64,000 nucleotides of DNA, taken from Gammaproteobacteria bacterium. Lineage in GTDB: Bacteria; Pseudomonadota; Gammaproteobacteria; Ga0077536. A program made the position numbers and the translations under genes. The stretch is from assembly GCA_963662545.2 (NCBI GenBank), contig CAXXLL010000002.1, positions 1,056,001 to 1,120,000 of the forward strand. Reading direction: 5' to 3'. Of the stretch, positions 11,244 to 21,310 are shown one piece after another; the stretch's first letter is position 1; every line of letters starts with the position of its first letter. A model generated the notes under the pieces. That model was not told the origin of the DNA, searched no databases, and saw only the letters and a list, made by a program, of their open reading frames with translations.

Positions 11244-12044
11244 ATGAACTACGCGTCCATCGAAGGCTTACGGATCGCCTACGATCACCGCCGGCCCCCA
11301 TCGGGCGACGGCCGTGGCCGAGTCATCTACATACACGGCACCGGCTGTACCGGCCGTGTATTCGAACGCCATCTGGCGGCGGTCGCCGCCGCGCACGAAG
11401 TGGTCGCGATCGATTTGCCCGGGCACGGGGCGTCGGAAGGCTCGGGATTTCGCGGCGTCGCCGATCATGCGTTTTTCACCGCCGGTCTTATCGAACACCT
11501 CGGCTGGGAACGCTGCGTCGTCGCGGGTCATTCACTGGGCGGCGGCATCGCGTTGGCCATGGCGGTGTACTTCCCCGAGCTCGTCGAAGGCTTGCTGCTG
11601 ATCGATACGGGCGCGCGGTTGCGCGTCGACCCCGCGATCATCGAGGCTGCCCGGCAGACGGCGGCTGGGCGCGATGTCGCCGCGCGCGATCCGCGCCGCG
11701 GCTTCGCTGAATGCACGCCGCAGGCCGTCGTTGATGAGACCGACATCTTGCGCGGGGCATGCAACCCCGAGGTCACATACAAAGACTGGATCGCCGATGA
11801 CAGTTTCGATTTCATGAGCCGGCTGCCGGATATCTTGGTCCCGAGCCTCGCCGTATGCGGCGACGAGGACGCGTTCACGCCCGTCAAGTACCACGAATAT
11901 TTTCGCGATAAGCTGCCTGATTGCCGGCTCGAGATCATCCCCGGGGCGGGACATTGGCCGTTCGTTGAACAGCCTGAACCCTTCGATCGGTGCGTGCTGC
12001 GATTTTTGGACGAATTCGCCCGCAAGCAGGCTCCTACAAGCTGA
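11244..12044 (+). CDS. Alpha/beta hydrolase
   Basis: IHGTG, DLPGHG, GHSLGG nucleophile elbow, GAGHW. Confidence 0.92.
   Translation: MNYASIEGLRIAYDHRRPPSGDGRGRVIYIHGTGCTGRVFERHLAAVAAAHEVVAIDLPGHGASEGSGFRGVADHAFFTAGLIEHLGWERCVVAGHSLGGGIALAMAVYFPELVEGLLLIDTGARLRVDPAIIEAARQTAAGRDVAARDPRRGFAECTPQAVVDETDILRGACNPEVTYKDWIADDSFDFMSRLPDILVPSLAVCGDEDAFTPVKYHEYFRDKLPDCRLEIIPGAGHWPFVEQPEPFDRCVLRFLDEFARKQAPTS
12014..12037 (-). repeat. GTAG-family REP inside the 3' end of the hydrolase gene
   Basis: ATTCGCCCGCAAGCAGGCTCCTAC, similar to the REP pair at 27328-27397. Confidence 0.65.
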
Positions 12045-12082
12045 GAGAATTCCGATTCTTAACAACCAAGAAAGGACCCCCC

Positions 12083-12892
12083 ATGCTCGACCGTTATGCC
12101 GATTACCACGCGCTCGACCTCGATTCACCTGCGGATCGGATCCTGCGCATTTCTTTCAACAAACCCGAAACCTACAATTCACTGGACAAGGACGGACACC
12201 GCGAGCTGACCTATATCTGGCGCGAGATCGACGAGGATCCCAACGTCAGCGCCGTGATCCTGACTGGCAAGGGCAAGGCGTTTTCCGCCGGCGGTGACTT
12301 CGGACTGATCGAGGAAATGCTGGAGAAGTCCGAAGCCCGCGTGCGCTCCTGGAAAGAGGCGCGTGACCTCGTCTACAACGTCATCAATTGTTCCAAGCCC
12401 ATCGTCTCGGCGATCAACGGTGCGGCCGTCGGTGCCGGGTTGGTGGCGGGTCTGTTGGCGGACATCTCGATCGCGGGCAAATCGGCCAAGATCGTCGACG
12501 GTCATACCCGACTGGGGGTGGCGGCCGGTGATTCGGCCGTCATGAACTGGCCCTTGCTGTGTGGCATGGCGAAGGCCAAGTATTACCTTCTGCTCTGCGA
12601 GCCGATGAGCGGCGAGGAGGCGGAGCGGATCGGGATGGTGTCGCTCTGCGTCGAAGACGACGCGCTGCAGGACAAGGCGCTGGAAATCGCCGAACGGCTG
12701 CGCGACGGCGCGCCGAGTGCGATCCGCTGGACCAAGTACGCACTCAACAACTGGTACCGGATGGCGGGACCGGCTTTCGATGCCTCGACCGCGCTCGAAA
12801 TGCTCGGCTTTACCACCGACGAGGCGGTCGAGGGCGTGCGTTCGTATCGTGAGAAACGGCCACCTAAATTCGATCCGAACTCTCCCATTTGA
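12083..12892 (+). CDS. Enoyl-CoA hydratase/isomerase family protein
   Basis: AFSAGGD, KPIVSAINGAAVGAG, DGHTRLGVAAGD. Confidence 0.92.
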   Translation: MLDRYADYHALDLDSPADRILRISFNKPETYNSLDKDGHRELTYIWREIDEDPNVSAVILTGKGKAFSAGGDFGLIEEMLEKSEARVRSWKEARDLVYNVINCSKPIVSAINGAAVGAGLVAGLLADISIAGKSAKIVDGHTRLGVAAGDSAVMNWPLLCGMAKAKYYLLLCEPMSGEEAERIGMVSLCVEDDALQDKALEIAERLRDGAPSAIRWTKYALNNWYRMAGPAFDASTALEMLGFTTDEAVEGVRSYREKRPPKFDPNSPI

Positions 12893-13074
12893 TCGGCGAG
12901 TTGGACGAGGCGCCGGCCGAGTGGCGGCCGCCGGCGTAGTACCAGTGTGTTTTTTCGACCGCGCAGAATCCTTCGATGGCCAGAAGACGGCCCGCCCATG
13001 AAACTCGTTCTTGACCGTTTGTTTCCCATACAATTGTCCCGAGCCTGGCAAGAATCAAAAGGATCACGGACACC

Positions 13075-14784
13075 ATGAGCACTCGGACGATCGTCAGCTA
13101 CCTCCTCGTTACGTTCTTCGTCGCCGGACTCGCGAGCGTCGGCGCCAACGATGCCGATTCGAAGGCATCGGAGCTTGCGTCGGTTACCGCCGAACGGCTA
13201 GCGAAAGGAACGGACGACCCGTCGTCCTGGCTCATGTACGGCGGGAATTTCGAAAACTGGCGCTACAGTCCGCTCGCCGACATCAACCGCGACAACGTCA
13301 AGAAATTGCAGGCCGCGTGGCTGTTCCAGACCGGTGTCCCCGGGCAGCTCGAATCGGCGCCGATCGTCGCCGACGGCATCCTCTATTTCACCGCGTCATA
13401 CAACAATCTCTATGCGCTCGATGCCCGCACCGGCGAGAGCCTGTGGCATTACGAGCACGAGATGCCGAGCGACCTGAGGATTTGCTGTGGACCGACCAAT
13501 CGCGGCGTGGCGATCGCTGACGACAAGGTGTTCATGGCCACGCTCGACGCGCGCCTGGTGGCGCTCGACAGGGCGAGCGGTGAGGTTGTCTGGAACGTTG
13601 AGTTGGACGATTACAAAGAGGGATACAGTGCCACGGCTGCGCCCCTGGTGGTCAAGGGTCTCGTCATGATCGGGATCGCGGGCGGCGAGTACGGCGCGCG
13701 CGGTTTCATCGATGCCTTCGACGTTGCGACCGGCGAGCGGCGCTGGCGACGTTACACCATTCCCGTCGCGGGCGAGCCCGGCGTCGAAACCTGGGCCGGC
13801 GATTCCTGGAAGACGGGCGGCGGTCCGCCCTGGGTTACGGGCAGCTACGACCCGGTGAACGATCTCCTCTACTGGCCGACCGGCAACCCCTCGCCCGATT
13901 GGAACGGCGACCCGCGCGCGGGCGATAATCTATATTCCAATTCAGTCCTGGCGCTGGATCCGGATAGCGGCGAGATGAAATGGTATTTTCAGTATACGCC
14001 GCACGACGTGTGGGATTACGACGCCACCAACGGCCTCATCGTCGTCGACACGTTGCATGACGGGCAGCTTGTCCACGCGGTCGTACAGCCCAACCGCAAT
14101 GGCTATCTCTACGTGCTCGATGCCAAGAACGGTAAGTTTCTGCATGCCATGCAATATGTCGATCACTTGAACTGGGCAAAAGGGTTGGATGAAGATGGCC
14201 GTCCCATCGTCGATGAGCAATACGTGCCGATGGACGGCGGTAACCCGGAATATATCTGTCCCGGTAACGTCGGTGGTAACAACGGTTCTTTCACCTATGC
14301 TTACAGCGCGGCGACGAAGCTCGTTTACGTGCCGACCATCGAAAGCTGCGGGAAGATGGAAAAGGCGGTCACGGTGTTCGTGAACGGCACGCCGTTCTGG
14401 GGTGGCGGCCCGGGCGTCATGCAGGGTGAGGACGGCTCATCCTACGGCCACATCTCCGCGATCGATCCGGCCTCCGGTGAGGTCAAGTGGCGCTATGAAG
14501 ATCCCTATCCGCTGGTTGGCGGTGCATTGGCGACGGCCGGCGGGGTGGTATTCAGCGGCAACCAGCAAGGTTATGCGCTCGCGCTGGACGACACCACGGG
14601 TGAGGTGTTGTGGAAATTCCAGACGGGCTCCACCGTGCGCAGTCAACCAATCACCTATACGATCGACGGCCGGCAGTACGTCGCCATCGGCAGCGGCGGC
14701 GGCGGACTCGCGGTCACCCTGGTCGGTGAGGTGCCGAGGCGCACGCTCGGCAGTACGCTGGTCGTCTTCGCACTGCCCGAATAA
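13075..14784 (+). CDS. PQQ-dependent dehydrogenase (methanol/ethanol family), secreted, with lanthanide-type D-x-D motif
   Basis: Signal peptide, vicinal CC (RICCGPTNRG), GGEYG, TGNPSP, PHDVWDYDA, W-motif propeller repeats. Confidence 0.92.
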   Translation: MSTRTIVSYLLVTFFVAGLASVGANDADSKASELASVTAERLAKGTDDPSSWLMYGGNFENWRYSPLADINRDNVKKLQAAWLFQTGVPGQLESAPIVADGILYFTASYNNLYALDARTGESLWHYEHEMPSDLRICCGPTNRGVAIADDKVFMATLDARLVALDRASGEVVWNVELDDYKEGYSATAAPLVVKGLVMIGIAGGEYGARGFIDAFDVATGERRWRRYTIPVAGEPGVETWAGDSWKTGGGPPWVTGSYDPVNDLLYWPTGNPSPDWNGDPRAGDNLYSNSVLALDPDSGEMKWYFQYTPHDVWDYDATNGLIVVDTLHDGQLVHAVVQPNRNGYLYVLDAKNGKFLHAMQYVDHLNWAKGLDEDGRPIVDEQYVPMDGGNPEYICPGNVGGNNGSFTYAYSAATKLVYVPTIESCGKMEKAVTVFVNGTPFWGGGPGVMQGEDGSSYGHISAIDPASGEVKWRYEDPYPLVGGALATAGGVVFSGNQQGYALALDDTTGEVLWKFQTGSTVRSQPITYTIDGRQYVAIGSGGGGLAVTLVGEVPRRTLGSTLVVFALPE

Positions 14785-14786
14785 GC

Positions 14787-15665
14787 GTGCGCAACGCCCG
14801 TCGCCACAGGCTGGTGTTGTGCTGTGGCGTAGTAGTTTCTTTGTCGTGCTTCCTTTTCTTCGGAAACGCGTTGGCGCAGGTCGACACGCATGACCTTCAG
14901 GCACTGCGAGTCTGCCTGCTTGCCAACAACCTACCCTACGCGTCACGATCGGAAAACGCGGGATTCGATCTGGACACCGCGAGCGCCGTCGCGCGCATCC
15001 TCGAGCGGCCGTTCGAATGGGTTTGGACGGACAACCCCGCCGACATCCAGGAAATCGAAGAGAGTGACTTTCCGTTGCAGAAACTCGCGCGAGGCGACTG
15101 TGACCTCATCTTCAGCATGCCCGGACCGGCCGCCGAAACATTAGGCGGCGACGGCAGCCTCGTGCTCGGTGAGGCGTATTACGGCGCCGCTTTTGAACTG
15201 ATCGGATGCGGAAATGATCTGCCATCCGGGTTGCGCGGCTTGCGCGAACAGACCGTTGCGATCCAATCGCAGACCGTCGCGCATTTCGCGCTACTTATGG
15301 TCCAGGCGAAACCGCAGACGTATTTCGAGGTTGCCGCGGCGCTCGAGGGGATTGCCGCGGGCGAAGCGGAAGCGGGTCTGTTGTGGGGACCGGCCGCCGG
15401 TTGGCAGCTCCATCGAACGGGGAACCGCCAATGCACGCTGTCGGCGGACTATCGTCCACCGGCCGCTGTGCGCTGGAACCTGCACGCCGCGACACGAGAG
15501 GCGGACAGTGAACTTCGTCTTCGCGTCGACGCGGCGCTGCTCGACCTATCGACGACCGATCGCCTGCGCGACATCGGACGAGGCTACGGCGTACCGGTCA
15601 GGCCGCCGTTCGAGACGACCTACAGCCTCAGGGCCTTGAATGAACTGCAACGGACGGGCGAATAA
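14787..15665 (+). CDS. MxaJ/XoxJ-like periplasmic substrate-binding protein
   Basis: LRVCLLANNLPYAS...GFDLD..AVA, LWGPAAGW. Starts 2 bp after the PQQ dehydrogenase stop. Confidence 0.75.
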   Translation: MRNARRHRLVLCCGVVVSLSCFLFFGNALAQVDTHDLQALRVCLLANNLPYASRSENAGFDLDTASAVARILERPFEWVWTDNPADIQEIEESDFPLQKLARGDCDLIFSMPGPAAETLGGDGSLVLGEAYYGAAFELIGCGNDLPSGLRGLREQTVAIQSQTVAHFALLMVQAKPQTYFEVAAALEGIAAGEAEAGLLWGPAAGWQLHRTGNRQCTLSADYRPPAAVRWNLHAATREADSELRLRVDAALLDLSTTDRLRDIGRGYGVPVRPPFETTYSLRALNELQRTGE

Positions 15666-15721
15666 AGAGTACGTCGTTCACCCACGGGCGGATGAACCGT
15701 GACGCGGTCCCGTCCGTCTCA

Positions 15722-16147
15722 CTATTGCTCCGCGGTACGCGGCAAGGCCCGCAGGTCCTCGACCCAGTTCAATGCGGAACGGTGCCAGATCTGACGGCGC
15801 GGCACGAGTTCTGCGCGCTGGACAATCGTGCCTGCGCGCAATCCGTAGACCTTGGAACCTTCGTCGGTCGAAGTGGCATAAATCGCGGAACCGCATTCCG
15901 GGCAAAACGCCTGCGCCCGCTCGCGTCCACTGTCGGCGACCTTGACGTAAATCTTCAATTCGCCGGTCAACATCTCCAAGGCGTCTTCGCGAGTAAACGC
16001 GACGAACCGGTAGGCCGATCCCGAAAGAGCCTGGCAATCCGTGCAGTGACAGATGACGACCCGCTCGGGATCGATGTCCGCACGGTAGGTGATATGGCCG
16101 CAGTGGCAGCCGCCGTCAACTTGCATGGTGTTGGCCTCCATCATCAA
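15722..16147 (-). CDS. GFA / CENP-V family protein
   Basis: GGCHCG, CHCTDCQ, FCPECGS. Confidence 0.92.
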   Translation of the reverse strand: MMMEANTMQVDGGCHCGHITYRADIDPERVVICHCTDCQALSGSAYRFVAFTREDALEMLTGELKIYVKVADSGRERAQAFCPECGSAIYATSTDEGSKVYGLRAGTIVQRAELVPRRQIWHRSALNWVEDLRALPRTAEQ

Positions 16148-16457
16148 TTGTCGAAATGCGCGATATCCTTTACGTAGGGCGTTATGGGACGGAATCAGTC
16201 AGCCGAGTATAGGACGAACAATTTCACTATTTCCAGAATTCGGAGCTTGCGCAGTTATTCGTCCTATACTCCCGAATACCTATCGTCGCTTTCAGGCGAC
16301 CCCACGGGGTCGTTGTGCTGCGCATGTCACGACTTACGGCGAACCGGCCTTATTCAATACATTTGACCTTAAGGCAACTTTTGAAGGGCCTCATCGTCAA
16401 CCGTGATGATCGAACATTATGCAGAACCTAGGAGGTCGTCAGAAGGGGTAATTCATC

Positions 16458-16577
16458 ATGGATGTGTTCAATCAAGGCCTCATGGGGATGTGCCTGGGCG
16501 AGGCAATCCGCGAGGACGCTGATGGATTCACCGACGATGCGTGCGTAATTGCAGCGGACGATGGATCAGTTCCCTGA
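16458..16577 (+). CDS. Possible 39-aa acidic small peptide
   Basis: AAGGGG upstream of the ATG. MDVFNQGLMGMCLGEAIREDADGFTDDACVIAADDGSVP*, ending 25 bp before the aminotransferase start. Confidence 0.3.
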   Translation: MDVFNQGLMGMCLGEAIREDADGFTDDACVIAADDGSVP

Positions 16578-16602
16578 ACTTCCATACGCCGAGGAAACCC
16601 AG

Positions 16603-17835
16603 ATGTCCAAACTCTCGCGTCGTGGCCGGCGCCTCGTCGATTCCTCACCGATCCCACTCTACATTGCCGAGCACTTCGCACGTGCCGGTAAACCGTGGGA
16701 TCGGAAAATGCATCCCGAGGCGTACATCAACTTGTGCATCGCCGAGAACAAGTTACACAACGAAGCCCTGATCGCGCAGTTGGCTCGCTACGAGGTGCCG
16801 GCGCGCGTGCTCGGGTACGACGCGATGACCGGGAACCTGATTTTTCGGCAACGCCTCGCGTCGTTCATGGGACGTAGTTTTCTGCGGCGGGCCTTTGATG
16901 CCGATCAACTCGCTGTAGTCGCAGGTGCGGGCACGGTGCTCGAATTGCTTTGCTACGCAATATGCGATCCTGGCGATGGGGTGCTGATCCCAACGCCCAG
17001 CTACGCGGGTTTTTGGCCCGATCTCGAAACACGAGATGGGCTCAACATCGTTCCGGTGGACTGTTTGAGTGAAGATGATTTTCGACTCACGCCAGCGCGC
17101 CTGGATGCGGCAATGGAAGCGGCGGACTGTCCGATCAAGGCCCTCCTGTTCACGTCTCCAAACAATCCCCTGGGGCAGGTATACACGCGCGATGAGGTGC
17201 TGCAGATCGTCGATTTCGCGGAGCGTCGAGGCATCCAGCTAATCGTGGATGAGATTTACGCCCTGTCGGTCTTCGGGGAACGCGAATTCGTTAGTGTCGC
17301 CTCGCTTCGCCCCCAATTGGGAGACGGTGTGCACATCGTTTGGGCCTTCTCCAAGGACTTCGGTGCGAGCGGTTTGCGTTGCGGAGTGCTGATCAGCGAG
17401 AACCAAGCCGTGCTCGAGGCCGTAGGGGGTTTGGCCTACTGGTCGGCCTGCTCCAGCCACACTCAACACCTCCTATCGGAATTGGTCGCGGATGACGCCG
17501 TGGTTGACGAGCACATCGCTGGCATGCGGGTGAAGTTAGGGCAAGCCTATCGGCGCGTGACGGGTGCGCTCGATGCGCTAGACATCACCTACCTTGCTGC
17601 TGAGGCCGCCTTCTTCTTGATCTGCGATCTTCGCGCGTACCTCGCATCCCCCAGCTGGGAAGCGGAGCGCGGACTGTGGCGACGCTTCCTCGACGAGGCG
17701 AACGTCAACCTTACCCCGGGTGAAGCATGCCGCATCAACGAGCCGGGCTTTTTTCGCCTGTGCTACGCCTCCGAAAGTGGGGACGCGGTGGCCGAGGCAA
17801 TCGCCCGACTCGGGCGGGTGCTGGCGAGCTGCTAA
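16603..17835 (+). CDS. PLP-dependent class I/II aminotransferase, ACC-synthase-like
   Basis: INLCIAENKL, DPGDGVLIPTPSY, SPNNPLG, VDEIYA, VHIVWAFSKDFGASGLRCG (PLP Lys), EPGFFRLCYA. Confidence 0.88.
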   Translation: MSKLSRRGRRLVDSSPIPLYIAEHFARAGKPWDRKMHPEAYINLCIAENKLHNEALIAQLARYEVPARVLGYDAMTGNLIFRQRLASFMGRSFLRRAFDADQLAVVAGAGTVLELLCYAICDPGDGVLIPTPSYAGFWPDLETRDGLNIVPVDCLSEDDFRLTPARLDAAMEAADCPIKALLFTSPNNPLGQVYTRDEVLQIVDFAERRGIQLIVDEIYALSVFGEREFVSVASLRPQLGDGVHIVWAFSKDFGASGLRCGVLISENQAVLEAVGGLAYWSACSSHTQHLLSELVADDAVVDEHIAGMRVKLGQAYRRVTGALDALDITYLAAEAAFFLICDLRAYLASPSWEAERGLWRRFLDEANVNLTPGEACRINEPGFFRLCYASESGDAVAEAIARLGRVLASC

Positions 17836-18111
17836 GCGGCTGCCAGGTGTCGCCACGGCCTTCCGCTGCCGAGGATCTTTTCGTTCTACGCGCGATCTAA
17901 AACCGTTGCCCCCATCGTGTCCTGGTCGCGCCGGCAGGTGCAGGTGAGCCTGGGCGTCACGCAGGAATTCTTGTTAGTCGGCTCGCTTACCCCGCTAGAC
18001 GACCTGTGAGAAATAGGTGACGGTAGGCCGATCTCCTTTTCATATTTCGCGAAATGAGCGGCTTGCGTGCCGTAAACCCTGGATGGTGAATGCGATAGCA
18101 TTCGGCGCACC

Positions 18112-18891
18112 ATGATCCAGTACTTCGGCTATGGCTCGAATATGCGCCGGGTGAACCTACGCGTCAAAGGCGTTGAATCGCGTAGCTCCGAACCCGCGCT
18201 TCTCAAAGATTGGCGCCTCGCCTTCAACCTCGCACACCCGTTTCCATTCGAGGGTTGCGTTGCCAACATTGTGCCTGCGACGGGTATCGCCGTTCATGGT
18301 GCGCTCTACGCGTTCGAAGATGAATATTTGGAGTCCCTGGATCGGTTCGAGGGGCTCGGTGTGGTCTATGAGCGGCGAGAGCTGGAAGTTCGGACCTACC
18401 GAGGTGACACGAAGACGGCTTACGCCTATGTAGGAATGCCAGCGAAATTACAATCGGAGGGCAAGCCCTCGCTCCGCTACCGGAATATTCTTGTCGAGGG
18501 TGGTCGCGATGTGGGCCTTGCAGACGAATACCTAAACTGGCTGGTCAATGTTCCCGTACATCCGGCGCCGGACTATCCCCCGTTTGTTCCGCCGAAGGGG
18601 CCGGCGGAAGTATTTACGCTGGCACAACTTGCGGGGCAACCCTTACATGCCGTGCTCGCGGGCTACGTGTTCGACATGTCGGGAGCAGGTGTCGAGCATG
18701 TGATCCTGAGGTCGCTTATCAAAGACCAAGATGTCACGCTGTTTTTTTTGCAGCACATGGATTCCAGTCTCGGTACTGAGACGGCCGAAGACATCGCGCC
18801 TGATCGGCTAAGTGACGAGCAGCGGCGCTACTTGAACGATTATCTTCACGAATTCTCCCGAGTGTACTCATACGTCGGTCGTTTGGCGTAA
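18112..18891 (+). CDS. Gamma-glutamylcyclotransferase-family protein with a C-terminal extension
   Basis: YFGYGSNM, VHGALY, LDRFEG, PSLRYRNILVEG. Confidence 0.82.
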   Translation: MIQYFGYGSNMRRVNLRVKGVESRSSEPALLKDWRLAFNLAHPFPFEGCVANIVPATGIAVHGALYAFEDEYLESLDRFEGLGVVYERRELEVRTYRGDTKTAYAYVGMPAKLQSEGKPSLRYRNILVEGGRDVGLADEYLNWLVNVPVHPAPDYPPFVPPKGPAEVFTLAQLAGQPLHAVLAGYVFDMSGAGVEHVILRSLIKDQDVTLFFLQHMDSSLGTETAEDIAPDRLSDEQRRYLNDYLHEFSRVYSYVGRLA

Positions 18892-19180
18892 ACGCGCCGT
18901 TGAGGGAGTGTCCGTTCAGGAACGAATCTTATAATCTGAATGTCTAGATTTGCGCTGTCGCGGTGAGTAGGGACTCGTCACGCGCACCCTTCATTCCCCG
19001 CAAGCTCAATCGTTTCATCTTCCAACAAAGGGGTCGGTCACAAATAAATAAGCAATTGATTCTCTGTTGTCACCGACGCGTATAATTGGTAATCCGAATC
19101 GATATACAAACCTATCTGGAGACGGCATTGGATGGTGCAGAGTGCACCATTGGGCCAACCACAGCGAGAGGAGAGGGCTT

Positions 19181-20137
19181 ATGGACATACTGATCGGCCT
19201 CGGTTCGGTAATCTTCTCGCTGTTCATTACCGTGCTGTCGGTGAAACTCGTGGCTGGGTGGCTGAACGCGGAGCGCAACAGTTGGGGGCGATGCTTCGCC
19301 GCGCTGCTGCTCTCCTATGTGGTCGCCGCGATGATCGCCGGGGGCGGGTCCATCGCCGCTGCTTTGTCGCCGGGTATGGTCGGACTGGTCGTCGTGATCG
19401 TCGCTGTGATAGCGGCCATTGGTGTGCCGATCGTCATCTTCGCGCGGTTGCTCGGCACCAGTGGATTGCGTGCCTTCGGCATTTTATTGATCGCCACCGT
19501 GGTCAACATGGCGATTATCTTCGGGATCGGCATAGCGCTTGCCACCGTGCTTGGCATCGGTCTTGCCGGTCTCGTTGCGATGATTGGCATGGGCGAGTTG
19601 ATGCCGGGTATGGACAGCGGTGATGCCGAGGCGCTCGCACGCTTTGAGCGCGGCATCGATCAACTATGTGAATGCACCGAAAAAGACTGTGTCGATGCAA
19701 TAGTCCCCGAGCTTATGGATGACATGATGGCCGCCCTTGAGAGCCGCACCTTGGATACCGACCCGGCCGAGCAGGCGCGCTTCGAGGCACTGTCGGAACT
19801 CATGGACCTTTGCCAGGAGTTCGATGATGCGGCGACGCCGGAGCCCGCCGCACCGGACGCTGCGTTTACTCCCGCACCCAAACCCGCACCGGCGCCGACG
19901 GACGGTAGTGCCCCGCCTCCCGTTTACTATGCCCTGCGCGATGTCGCCATTGCTGACGCTCCGGCACACATCGGCAAGCTGGTACGCGTGACGCTTGCTG
20001 ACGGCAGTCGGGAACGCAACCGGCTGGTTGTCGTGGAAGGTGGCTCGATCACCTTAAAGCGCGACAAGTCCGAGGGCGGCGGCCATTACTCGATCGCCCT
20101 ATCGGAGATCGTGCGCATGGAGGTGTTTGACCGCTAG
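19181..20137 (+). CDS. Hypothetical membrane protein (N-terminal TM helices, acidic helical region, Pro/Ala linker, small beta domain)
   Basis: Purine-rich RBS (GAGGAGAGGG), several hydrophobic helices, PEPAAPDAAFTPAPKPAPAP linker. Confidence 0.75.
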   Translation: MDILIGLGSVIFSLFITVLSVKLVAGWLNAERNSWGRCFAALLLSYVVAAMIAGGGSIAAALSPGMVGLVVVIVAVIAAIGVPIVIFARLLGTSGLRAFGILLIATVVNMAIIFGIGIALATVLGIGLAGLVAMIGMGELMPGMDSGDAEALARFERGIDQLCECTEKDCVDAIVPELMDDMMAALESRTLDTDPAEQARFEALSELMDLCQEFDDAATPEPAAPDAAFTPAPKPAPAPTDGSAPPPVYYALRDVAIADAPAHIGKLVRVTLADGSRERNRLVVVEGGSITLKRDKSEGGGHYSIALSEIVRMEVFDR

Positions 20138-20167
20138 CCCGCGTATTTCCTCGCCGGACATCACGGG

Positions 20168-21310
20168 CTACCACAATCGTTCGGACGCGATCTTTGCGCC
20201 CGCGGCCAGCGTATTCAGTTTTTCGAAGACGATATCGGGGTCGACGCGGCCAAACTTCGCGAACGTGGCAAAGCCGCAATCGGTTCCCGCCAGCACTCTC
20301 TCCCGGCCAACGATATCGGCGAAGCGACAGATGCGTTCGGCCACATATTCCGGATGTTCGACATAATTGGTCGAAGTATCGATCACCCCCGGCATGAGTA
20401 CTTTGTCCGCGGGCAGGTCGATCTCGCTCCATACCTTCCATTCGTGGGCGTGTCGAGGGTTAGCCGCCTCGAAACTGATGACCTGCGGTCTGGCCTTGCA
20501 CAGCACACCGGCAATTTTACCGAGCGGGATATCGCGGTCGTGCGGCCCCTCGTAATTGCCCCAGCAGATATGCATACGCGACATTTCGGGGGGCACGTTT
20601 TGCAGCGCGTCGTTCAGTACCTCGACCGGTCGCTCAGCCTGTTTGACGAATTCGTCGTCGCTCAGGCCCTTGTACTGCGTGTGACGAGCCATCGCGAGAT
20701 CAGGACAGTCAATCTGGATCACGAAGCCCGCGGCGTGAATCGCCTCGTATTCCTCGCGCATCGCGCGGCCCAGGGCCTCGAGATAATCCTGTTCACTGGG
20801 ATAATACTCGTTGGGTAGAAAGGCGCTGATGACACCGGGCGAAGAAGCGTTCAGAAAACCCTCTACGGCGCTGCCGTCCTGAAGCGCGTCACGAAAATTC
20901 GCGATATCGGTTTCGAGCGGTGCGCGCGTCGTGACCGTGATTTCCCCGGTGCACATCGGGCGTTTGATCGCCGGCGCCTGATTGCGCTGCGCTGACAGTT
21001 GCATAAACGCTGGGAACCGCTCCAGATCGGCCGGCGGTTTACGCGGGCTGTCGCCCGAGAAACCGGAACAGCGGTCTTTGATATAAGTCGAATAACCGAT
21101 CTTACCCATCTCGCCGTCACTGACGATATCGACGCCGGCCTCCACTTGCCGGCGCACGATGTCGTGCACCGCGGCGCTCACCTGTTTTGCGAACGATGCT
21201 TCATCGATCGCTTCACCGGATTCGCGCTGGAGGAGAAGATCGGCGAGGCGTTCCGGGCGCGGCAGGCTGCCGACGTGTGTCGTGAGAATCCGATCTGTAC
21301 TCAAATGCAT
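20168..21310 (-). CDS. Cobalamin-independent methionine synthase II family protein (single barrel)
   Basis: ILTTHVGSLPRP, DIVSDGEMGK, MHICWGNYEGPH, GTDCGF. Confidence 0.92.
   Translation of the reverse strand: MHLSTDRILTTHVGSLPRPERLADLLLQRESGEAIDEASFAKQVSAAVHDIVRRQVEAGVDIVSDGEMGKIGYSTYIKDRCSGFSGDSPRKPPADLERFPAFMQLSAQRNQAPAIKRPMCTGEITVTTRAPLETDIANFRDALQDGSAVEGFLNASSPGVISAFLPNEYYPSEQDYLEALGRAMREEYEAIHAAGFVIQIDCPDLAMARHTQYKGLSDDEFVKQAERPVEVLNDALQNVPPEMSRMHICWGNYEGPHDRDIPLGKIAGVLCKARPQVISFEAANPRHAHEWKVWSEIDLPADKVLMPGVIDTSTNYVEHPEYVAERICRFADIVGRERVLAGTDCGFATFAKFGRVDPDIVFEKLNTLAAGAKIASERLW

Noticed and set aside
18900-18960. Possible array-type site after the GGCT gene (TGTCCGTTCAGG..., also ~25658 GATCGCTATGGGTCC)
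   Set aside because: Only half-site similarity, with no TGCTGCACTGC core or three-site spacing. Too weak to call.
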